Shown here one piece after another: positions 57,287-64,000 of a DNA stretch of 64,000 nucleotides. A program made the translations under genes and the position numbers. How positions within the stretch are numbered: the first letter of the stretch is position 1; every line of letters begins with the position of its first letter. Origin of the DNA: an uncultured Planctomycetaceae bacterium (GTDB taxonomy: Bacteria > Planctomycetota > Phycisphaerae > SM23-33). The stretch spans positions 10,042 through 74,041 of the forward strand of contig CAZXSK010000011.1 in the NCBI GenBank assembly GCA_964642855.1, read 5' to 3'. The notes beneath the pieces are model-generated. The model saw only the letters and a list, made by a program, of their open reading frames with translations. It was not told the origin of the DNA and made no database searches.

Positions 57287-59572
57287 ATGACGCGCACAAG
57301 CCGTTTCGCCTCCGCCTTTCTGGCGGGGCTGGCGACGTGGGTATGCATTGCTGCACCCGCCCCCGCAGCCGACCCCAACAAGCCGGCCGGCTCGAAGTAC
57401 ACCGACCAGCCCATCGCCGTCTGGCTGGACCCCAAGGCCCCCTCGCCCCAGCTGCTGACGCCGCGCTACGTCTACCGGCCCCGGGCGGTCTTCCAGTACA
57501 AGGTCGCCACCGGCAAGGCCCCGGCCGGGGTGTTGGTGAAGATCCACGGCCAGGATGCCGACGTCGCCGTCCGCCTCGAACAGATCCCCCAGGCGCAGGC
57601 CAGTTCGTCCCGCACCGTCACCTTCCGCAGCGAGGTCGATGCCGCCGACTGGCCCGACGGTGCGTACACCGCCACCTTCCACGAAATCCGCAAGGACAAG
57701 GACGATCGCCAGGTCGGGCGGGAGACGTTTCGCGTGGTGCGCGACCTGCTGGCCGACAAGGTCAAACCTGAGATCCGCAACGAGCTGAAAGTCTGGATCG
57801 ATCACGCCAACCAGGGCAAGGTCGCATGGGGCAAGCGGCCGTTCTGGCGAGCACTCGACGAAGCAATGACAAGCCCGGGGTCGCCTTACCAGGACCTTCG
57901 CGGGCTGACGCTCCGCAGCTACCGCAGCGAGCAGCTCTCCCGCCTCATGCCCTACGCGATGTACGTTCCCGAGGCGTACGACCCCAACAAGCCGATGCCC
58001 CTGATGATCCTGCTGCACGGCTCGGGCGGGGACTACCTCAACGTGATTTCCGACGTCTACGAAGGCCAGGAGCTCGAAAGCCACCCCATGCTGCTGGCCA
58101 ACGCCGGGGCGTTTCCCCACTGGGAGTATCGCCACCTGGGCCTGATTGACGTGCTGGCCGTGCTCGAAGACGTCAAGAGCAAGTACAACGTCGACGTCGA
58201 TCGGGTGTATCTCCAAGGCATCAGCCTCGGGGGGCGCGGGTCGCTGGAGGTTCCGGCCCTGACGCCGGGGGTCTTCGCAGCCGCGTGTCCGCAGGGGGTG
58301 TACGGCTTCTTCCAGGACTCGTCGGACCCGGTGAGCTTCGCGCGGATGAGTGAGTACTCGCGATGGCAGCTCTCGCGGCAGGACATGCGCACCTACCTGC
58401 CGAACCTCACCCACACACCGATGCAGATCGTGATGGGCTACAAAGACCGCACCACCCCCGCGCTGAACGCGCTGACCTTCGCCCATCTGCTGAAAATGCG
58501 CTACGGCGCGACCGTTGATGTCAGGGGCTTCGACGCCGACCACAACATTACCTACCCGACCTACAAGTGGTCCGACACGCGCAAATGGCTGCTGCAGCAC
58601 AAGCGCATCGCCGACCCCGACACCGTCCACGCGCGCACGGCTACGCTGCGGTTCAACCGGTTCTACTGGGTCATCATCAACCAGATGGAAGATCACTGGA
58701 AGGTCGGCGAGGTCCAGGCCGTTCGGGACGTCGACACGCGGGTGGTGTCGGTCAAGACCGCCAACGTCACCAGCCTGTCGCTGCTGGGAGCGCCCAAGCC
58801 GAAGACCATCCGCATCGACGGCCAGGTGCTCGACGCCAGGCCCGACAGCCGCTCGCTGCCGATCGTGACGGTCCGCCGGGACCCAGGCGGCAGTTGGCAG
58901 GTGGTGGAAGGCGAGAAGGAACGCCCCGCACGCGGCGAGAAGCGTCACGGTGTGTCGGGCCCCATGTGGGACATCTCCAGCGGCCGGTGCGTGGTGGTGG
59001 TCGGCTCGGGCGGAGACCGGAAGGAAACCCAGAAGCTCAAGGGGCTGGGCAAGTCGGTCGGGTATCACGGAGCGGCCTGGGGCGACAACCGCTGGCCGGT
59101 GGTACGGGACGTCGACGTCACCGACGAGATGCGCAAGGAGTGCAACCTGATCCTCGTCGGCGACGCGCGCACCAACCGCCTGATCGCCGGGCAGGACTGG
59201 CCGTTCGACATGAAGGCGATCGGCCGCCATGAGGGCATCGCCTTGCCCTCCGACCCGAACACGGTCGTCAAGGGGGCGGGGGACGTGCTGCAGTTTGTCT
59301 ACCCCTCGCCGTTCACCGAGGGACGCTACGCGATGGTCGTTGCGCCACTGGGGCGGGGCGGGGCGCCGATCGACTGCATCTGCCCGGCCAACACCTGGGA
59401 CCCGCGAAGCTGGGCCGACTGGAGCGTGCTGCGGTATCGGAAGATTACTCGCGGCAAGCAGACGCGTGTCGGAGCGGTCACGATGGACGATGGCGTCTTC
59501 GACAGCCGATGGAAAATGGTTGTCCAGAAAGGTACCGTGCCCCGCAGCCGGTACATGAACTGGGAGAAGTAG
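57287..59572 (+). CDS. secreted alpha/beta-hydrolase fold protein (esterase/peptidase-like) with C-terminal beta-rich domains
   Basis: Signal peptide MTRTSRFASAFLAGLATWVCIAAPAPAA. The LMILLHGSGGD oxyanion region and the GISLGGRGS nucleophile elbow (GxSxG) are present. Confidence 0.75.
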   Translation: MTRTSRFASAFLAGLATWVCIAAPAPAADPNKPAGSKYTDQPIAVWLDPKAPSPQLLTPRYVYRPRAVFQYKVATGKAPAGVLVKIHGQDADVAVRLEQIPQAQASSSRTVTFRSEVDAADWPDGAYTATFHEIRKDKDDRQVGRETFRVVRDLLADKVKPEIRNELKVWIDHANQGKVAWGKRPFWRALDEAMTSPGSPYQDLRGLTLRSYRSEQLSRLMPYAMYVPEAYDPNKPMPLMILLHGSGGDYLNVISDVYEGQELESHPMLLANAGAFPHWEYRHLGLIDVLAVLEDVKSKYNVDVDRVYLQGISLGGRGSLEVPALTPGVFAAACPQGVYGFFQDSSDPVSFARMSEYSRWQLSRQDMRTYLPNLTHTPMQIVMGYKDRTTPALNALTFAHLLKMRYGATVDVRGFDADHNITYPTYKWSDTRKWLLQHKRIADPDTVHARTATLRFNRFYWVIINQMEDHWKVGEVQAVRDVDTRVVSVKTANVTSLSLLGAPKPKTIRIDGQVLDARPDSRSLPIVTVRRDPGGSWQVVEGEKERPARGEKRHGVSGPMWDISSGRCVVVVGSGGDRKETQKLKGLGKSVGYHGAAWGDNRWPVVRDVDVTDEMRKECNLILVGDARTNRLIAGQDWPFDMKAIGRHEGIALPSDPNTVVKGAGDVLQFVYPSPFTEGRYAMVVAPLGRGGAPIDCICPANTWDPRSWADWSVLRYRKITRGKQTRVGAVTMDDGVFDSRWKMVVQKGTVPRSRYMNWEK

Positions 59573-59629
59573 CCTTGGCCTCGCGAGGCCGGGCCTGGGT
59601 GGTGTTTGCGAAGCTGACAGGAGCAAGTC

Positions 59630-60985
59630 ATGTCGACGTGGAAGCTGGAACGTGAGATCCCGCTGGACGACTCGTGGGATGTCATTGTGGCTGGAGGCGG
59701 ACCGGCCGGCGTGACGGCCGCGGTGGGCGCTGCCCGGGAAGGCGCACGGACGCTGCTGATCGAGCAGACCGGCGCGCTGGGGGGCATGGGCACTTCGGGG
59801 CTCGTGCCCGCGTGGTGTCCGTTTACCGACAAGGAGCGGATCATCTACAGCGGCCTGGCCGAGCGGGTGCTGCGCGAGACGATGGCCGGTATGCCCCACC
59901 TGCCGAAGGACCGGTACGACTGGGTGCCGATCGACCCCGAGCACCTCAAGGGCGTCTACGACGGGCTGGTCACCGAGGCCGGCGCGGAGATCCTGTTTCA
60001 CACGTTCGCAGCCGGGGTGGACGTCGACGACGACGGAGACATTCGCGCCGTGATCGCAGCCAGCAAGGCCGGTCTGACTGCGCTGCAGGCGAAGGTGTAC
60101 ATCGACTGCACCGGCGATGCGGACCTCGCTGCCTGGGCGGGAGCGGAGTTCCACAAGGGCGACGAGACCGGCGACCTCCAGCCGGCGACGCATTGTTTCG
60201 TGTTGACCAACGTGGACATGTACGCCTACCAGTTCGTGACGGGCATCAAGCACTCGCCGACCGGCCTGGCGAAGATCAGGGACATCCTCGCCTCGGGCAG
60301 GTACGGCGAGCTGATCCCCGACGACCATGCGTGCAACAGCATCCTGGGGCCCGGGGCGGTGGGGTTCAATGCCGGGCACATCTGGGACGTGGACAACACC
60401 GACCCGGCCAGCGTGTCGCGCGCGCTGATTCTCGGACGCCGGCAGGCCAGGGCGTGGCGTGACGCCTGCGCGGAGTTCGCCCCGGAAGCATTCGCCAACG
60501 CGTGGCTCGCCCAGACGGGCAGCCTGATGGGCATTCGCGAGACGCGCCGGATCGTGGGCGACTACGTGCTGACCGTCGACGACTACGTCGCCAGGCGCAG
60601 CTTCGACGACGAGATCTGCCGCAACTGCTACTTCGTGGACATCCACCACAAGAAGAGCGAGATCGACCAGGCCCTGGCCGGGTGGAACCGCGGCAGTTCG
60701 GGCTCGGTCCATCTGGACCCCGGCGAGTCGCATGGCGTGCCCTATCGCTGCCTGACGCCCCGGGGGCTGCGCAACGTGCTGGTGGCCGGGCGGAGCATCT
60801 CCACGGACCGGCCGGTCCAGGGCTCGACGCGCGTCATGCCCGTCTGCCTGGCGATGGGCGAGGCCGCCGGGCTGGCTGCCTCGATGGCCTGCGGGCAGGA
60901 GACGCCCGATACCCGGGCCGTGGACACCGCGGACCTGCGACGACGACTTCGGGAACACGGAGCGTATCTGCCTGAGGGTTCGTGA
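59630..60985 (+). CDS. FAD-dependent oxidoreductase (FAD_oxidored / GMC-like Rossmann family)
   Basis: DVIVAGGGPAGVTAAVGAAREGARTLLIEQTGALGG is the dinucleotide-binding GxGxxG...E motif. 451 aa. Confidence 0.85.
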   Translation: MSTWKLEREIPLDDSWDVIVAGGGPAGVTAAVGAAREGARTLLIEQTGALGGMGTSGLVPAWCPFTDKERIIYSGLAERVLRETMAGMPHLPKDRYDWVPIDPEHLKGVYDGLVTEAGAEILFHTFAAGVDVDDDGDIRAVIAASKAGLTALQAKVYIDCTGDADLAAWAGAEFHKGDETGDLQPATHCFVLTNVDMYAYQFVTGIKHSPTGLAKIRDILASGRYGELIPDDHACNSILGPGAVGFNAGHIWDVDNTDPASVSRALILGRRQARAWRDACAEFAPEAFANAWLAQTGSLMGIRETRRIVGDYVLTVDDYVARRSFDDEICRNCYFVDIHHKKSEIDQALAGWNRGSSGSVHLDPGESHGVPYRCLTPRGLRNVLVAGRSISTDRPVQGSTRVMPVCLAMGEAAGLAASMACGQETPDTRAVDTADLRRRLREHGAYLPEGS

Positions 60986-61114
60986 GATAGATGACCTGCT
61001 TGACCCGGGCGGCATCTGGGGCGTGGGATTCATGCACGATCCGGCCGCAGATTCACGAGCCAACGGCCGATAAATAGAATGTAGCCAGCCGTCACCGAAC
61101 GCGAGGGAACGCCC

Positions 61115-61717
61115 ATGAAGTTCGCCATCGTTGCGATGCTGCTGACCGTCACCTGTTTCGCCGGCGCCGCCCACGGCGAGATCTACACTGCCCTGGACCT
61201 CGGAGGCTCGGCCGCCTACGCCACGGTAGGAGATGTTTACAGTTTCGGATTCCGTTTCTCCACCGACGAGACGATCTGGGTTTCCTCGCTGGGGTACTTC
61301 GACTACAACGAGGACGGCTTGGGCGACAGTCACGCCGTGGGTATCTACGACGAGGACGGGAACCTGCTGGTCTCGACCACCGTCACCCCCAACGATCCGC
61401 TTGACCGTGGGTTCCGGTACAACGACGTCGAGTACGTCGAGCTTCCGGCGGGGACCTACACCATCGCCGGCGACAGCGGAAGCGACCGGACGCGGGACGC
61501 CTACGGCAGCAACTACGGCACGATCAACACCGCCGAGGGAATCACGTATCTCGGATCGGCCATGATCTCCAGCGGCAGCCTGGTCGAGCCGGTTGCGGAT
61601 TCCACGCCGGGCGGGTTCTTCGGCCCGATGCTGAAGTTCGATACCGTTCCCGAGCCGGCTACGCTTTCTCTGCTGGCGATCGCCGGCCTGGCCGGGCTGC
61701 GGCGCCGCCGTCGCTGA
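61115..61717 (+). CDS. PEP-CTERM sorting-domain secreted protein
   Basis: Signal peptide MKFAIVAMLLTVTCFAGAAHG. C-terminus VPEPATLSLLAIAGLAGLRRRRR is the PEP-CTERM signal. Confidence 0.75.
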   Translation: MKFAIVAMLLTVTCFAGAAHGEIYTALDLGGSAAYATVGDVYSFGFRFSTDETIWVSSLGYFDYNEDGLGDSHAVGIYDEDGNLLVSTTVTPNDPLDRGFRYNDVEYVELPAGTYTIAGDSGSDRTRDAYGSNYGTINTAEGITYLGSAMISSGSLVEPVADSTPGGFFGPMLKFDTVPEPATLSLLAIAGLAGLRRRRR

Positions 61718-61718
61718 C

Positions 61719-61750
61719 GGCCTGACCGTCCCGGCCTGACCGTCCCGGCC
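61719..61750. repeat. 14-nt tandem direct repeat GGCCTGACCGTCCC x2.3
   Basis: Exact copies at 61719-61732 and 61733-61746, plus partial GGCC. Located between the PEP-CTERM gene stop and the truncated glycosidase fragment. Confidence 0.8.
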
Positions 61751-61753
61751 GGA

Positions 61754-62365
61754 GTGTCCGGCATGCTGCCCTGCCGCGGCGCTGTCTATTCCCAACGATT
61801 CCTTGGTTGCGGTGGCGTTGCGCGCCGGCAGTCGGAAACCCCGGGAGGTCCGCTCCTCCATTGTCCCGACTACCAGCCCGACGGCGGGTACTGGAACGGT
61901 TCGGTCTGGCCGCCGACGAACTACATGGTGCTCCGCGGCCTGACGCGGTACGGGCACAACCAGCTCGCCCACGAGATCGGGCTCAATCACGTCGAGAACG
62001 TTACGGAGGTCTACCGGCAGACCGGGACGGTGTGGGAGAATTACGCTCCCGAGTCGGCCTCGCCGGGCAAGCCTGCCAAGGGCGATTTCGTCGGCTGGGG
62101 CGGCGTGGGTCCGGTCGCGGTGCTGCTGGAGTACGTCTTCGGCCTGGGTCCCGACGTGCCACCCGGGCGACCGGTCTGGGACCTTCGCCTGACCGACGCG
62201 TTCGGCGTGCGAAACTACCCGTTCGGCCCCGACGCGTCGCTGGACATCTCCGTTGCGTCGCGTGCCTCGGTGTCCGACGAGCCGCGTGTCGAGATCACCG
62301 CAACCCAGCCGGTGACGGTGCAGCTTCGCTGGCCGGGCGGGTCGCGCGAGCTCCGGGTCGGCTGA
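61754..62365 (+). pseudogene. C-terminal fragment of an (alpha/alpha)6-barrel glycoside hydrolase (GH63/GH37/GH15-like), apparently truncated
   Basis: GGYWNGSVWPPTNYMVLRGL...VWENY...FVGWGGVG matches C-terminal motifs of the trehalase / mannosyl-oligosaccharide glucosidase-type family. Only about 200 aa are present, and the N-terminal catalytic part is missing. Confidence 0.45.
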
Positions 62366-62417
62366 CGTTCGCCGTCGCCAGGCCGGCTGTCCGCCCGGTC
62401 GGGCTCCTCCGGCGCGG

Positions 62418-63464
62418 CTACGTCTTGAGGTCGTAGATCTCAGCGGGGATGACATTTCGCAGTTCCTCGCCGGCTGCGTATCGCCGCAGATTGTCGATTA
62501 CGTAATCGGGAATCGGCATCTGCGGGCGGTCCTCCGCCGGCCAGCCTTTGCCCATGCTCACGCGGTGGCCGGTGAGCATCGCGCCGGAGTGCTTCGCCAG
62601 CGGCGAGCCCGGCCAGTTGCTCTCGTCGCGGATCACGTCGCAGGCGGCGAGCAGCTTCTTGTTGCCCACCAGGTCCGCCAGTGCGTCCTCGTCGACGATA
62701 CCTCCGCGGGCGGTATTGACCACCAGCCCGCCCTGGGGCAGCAGCTCCAGCAGCTCGCGCGTCACGGAGTCCCGCGTCTGGTCGTTGAGCCCGCAGTGAA
62801 TGCTGATCACCGGGCAGGTCTCGAACAGCTCCCGCAGCGTCTTGCACACACGCACGCCGTCGGGAATGTCCTCGGCGTATGGGTCGTAGATCGCCACCTT
62901 CGCGCCCAGCGGCCGGAGCAGCTTCTCCATCTGCCTGCCCAGCGGCCCGAAGCCGTACAGCCCGACGTCCAGCCCGCGCAGGTGCGGCCGATACGACTGC
63001 AGCACGCGGTCGTCCTCGCCGCCGCCTTTGTAGTAGCGGTCCACCGCGGGCAGCTGCTTGAGCTGGGCCAGCAGCATCGCCAGCGCCCCTTCCACGACCG
63101 GGCGGGGCGAATCGCCCCAGTTGGTCACCACCAGGCCGGCCTCGATGTGGGCCCTGGTTACCAGGTGGCGGATCGTGCCATACGCGTGACACAGCCACTT
63201 CAGCCGCCCGGGGTCGTCAATCAGCGCGTCGGGCAGGCGGGGCGACTTGCGCCCGGTGACGGCTACCTCGCCCTGGCGGAGGGTTTCCACCAGCTCGTGT
63301 TCGGGCAGGTCCCGCCAGTCGCTCACGACGCGGATGTCGTAGGCGTCAGGCAGGGCTGCGAGTTGCTCGGGGTTGGTCAGGTTTCCATCTTCTGCAACAA
63401 TCACTAGCGGAATCATCTGCGGGTCACTACTTTCGTGAATGTGGGGTAGGAGGTAAGCAGCCAT
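62418..63464 (-). CDS. D-isomer-specific 2-hydroxyacid dehydrogenase family protein
   Basis: NAD-binding GLYGFGPLGRQM...(D) plus catalytic-region motifs (NTARGGIVDEDAL, H in ...LTGHRVSMG). Start set to ATG 63464. Confidence 0.85.
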   Translation of the reverse strand: MAAYLLPHIHESSDPQMIPLVIVAEDGNLTNPEQLAALPDAYDIRVVSDWRDLPEHELVETLRQGEVAVTGRKSPRLPDALIDDPGRLKWLCHAYGTIRHLVTRAHIEAGLVVTNWGDSPRPVVEGALAMLLAQLKQLPAVDRYYKGGGEDDRVLQSYRPHLRGLDVGLYGFGPLGRQMEKLLRPLGAKVAIYDPYAEDIPDGVRVCKTLRELFETCPVISIHCGLNDQTRDSVTRELLELLPQGGLVVNTARGGIVDEDALADLVGNKKLLAACDVIRDESNWPGSPLAKHSGAMLTGHRVSMGKGWPAEDRPQMPIPDYVIDNLRRYAAGEELRNVIPAEIYDLKT

Positions 63465-63518
63465 TATCGCCCGCGGCCTGGGGGGTGCAAGTCGCGGGAC
63501 CCGAATTGCAGGAGAACC

Positions 63519-64000
63519 ATGATCCGCACGAGTTTCTGCACTATCGCATTTCAGGACAACAAGTGGGGCAAGGACCGCTCCGTCGAGATGCCCCTCGAGG
63601 ACATTCTGCCCGTTCTCGGACGCGCCGGCTACGACGCCGTCGAGATCTGGTGGCCTCACCTGGAAGATGCGCTCACCTGCGGCGATGCCTCCGCCGTCGC
63701 GGGCCAGCTGGCCGGGGAAACGCTCGCCGTTTCGCTCGTCTCGCCGTACTTCGACTTCACCACGTCCGACGCCTCTGCAGCAGAGAGCATCGAACTGGCC
63801 GGCGAGGTCGCTGCCGCCGCCCGGGCTCTCGGCGGGCGCGGGGTGCGGTGCTTCACGGGCAAGGTCGGCAGCGCCGAGGCTACCGAGGACCAGTGGACCC
63901 GCTGTGTCGAAAGCCTCCAGCGACTGGCCGATTCCGCCCGCGATCTGCTCTGGCTGCTGGAGACCCATCCACGCAACCTGATGGACACCGTCGACGCCAC
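63519..64000 (+). CDS. sugar phosphate isomerase/epimerase (xylose-isomerase-like TIM barrel), 3' partial at window end
   Basis: ATG 63519. MIRTSFCTIAFQDNKW...AGYDAVEIWWPHLED is typical of AP-endonuclease 2 / xylose-isomerase-like TIM barrels. The frame is open to the window end. Confidence 0.5.
   Translation, partial: MIRTSFCTIAFQDNKWGKDRSVEMPLEDILPVLGRAGYDAVEIWWPHLEDALTCGDASAVAGQLAGETLAVSLVSPYFDFTTSDASAAESIELAGEVAAAARALGGRGVRCFTGKVGSAEATEDQWTRCVESLQRLADSARDLLWLLETHPRNLMDTVDA

Noticed and set aside
55385-62455. 2356-aa ORF on the minus strand spanning 7 kb
   Set aside because: Its translation is low-complexity and R/G/A/V/D/P-rich, which is the typical antisense read of GC-rich coding DNA. 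It lies exactly codon-for-codon antisense to four consecutive, well-supported + genes that share one reading phase (57287, 59630, 61115, 61754). Antisense stops therefore require the rare sense codons TTA/CTA/TCA. It has no Shine-Dalgarno sequence and no domain motifs. The + genes have clear signal peptides, FAD Rossmann, GxSxG and PEP-CTERM motifs. I treat it as an artefact.
1-64000. Searched by eye for CRISPR arrays, tRNA T-loop motifs (GTTCGA[AG]TCC), rRNA, transposase/integrase motifs and long direct/inverted repeats flanking the phage-like module
   Set aside because: None found. The only direct repeat noted is the 14-nt tandem at 61719-61750. A proper tRNAscan/att-site search could still reveal small features I missed.

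Overview
GC-rich bacterial chromosomal window. From gene content (two PEP-CTERM proteins, many lipoproteins, GH130 / Gfo-Idh-MocA / FAD-oxidoreductase carbohydrate genes, a long type IV pilus operon) I infer a Planctomycetota/Verrucomicrobia-like organism, but this is not proven. Layout: (1) 0-5.4 kb holds a 5'-partial PEP-CTERM protein, a large lipoprotein and a membrane protein. (2) 5.3-14.7 kb, minus strand, is one long type IV pilus/T2SS-like operon: pilM-pilN-pilO-pilP-like-pilB-pilT-pilC, two pseudopilins, and an unusual kinase-like + NDT/LOG-like two-domain gene at its end. (3) 15-24.4 kb is housekeeping: hemW, an FHA protein, ruvX, GDP-mannose pyrophosphorylase, an M16 peptidase pair, murD, purB and a DUF4870 membrane protein. 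(4) 24.75-38.2 kb is a compact, same-strand, translationally coupled 16-gene phage-like structural module: portal-like, scaffold-like and HK97-like capsid genes, small head-tail proteins, several large tail/fibre-like proteins, and a small TM protein + lipoprotein pair. It has no recognisable terminase, integrase, replication or lysin gene. I regard it as a candidate domesticated phage-like particle / GTA-like system or a defective prophage, and it is the most interesting part of the window. A stand-alone LigD 3'-phosphoesterase-domain gene follows it. (5) 40-64 kb holds a ferredoxin/Fur divergent pair, a lipoprotein, an SGNH hydrolase, GH130, an APC permease-Usp fusion, a Gfo/Idh/MocA oxidoreductase, a leader with an attenuator-like terminator, two ABC exporters, tldD/pmbA, a GH42-like hydrolase, a secreted alpha/beta hydrolase, an FAD oxidoreductase, a second PEP-CTERM protein, a truncated glycosidase fragment beside a 14-nt tandem repeat, a 2-hydroxyacid dehydrogenase and a 3'-partial sugar-phosphate isomerase. 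I recognised no rRNA, tRNA, CRISPR, transposase or integrase. Many long antisense ORFs in the track, including one of 2356 aa, are GC-driven artefacts. Start codons were checked by eye. Several ORF-track starts are TTG/GTG and were re-assigned where an ATG with a Shine-Dalgarno-like sequence was visible.
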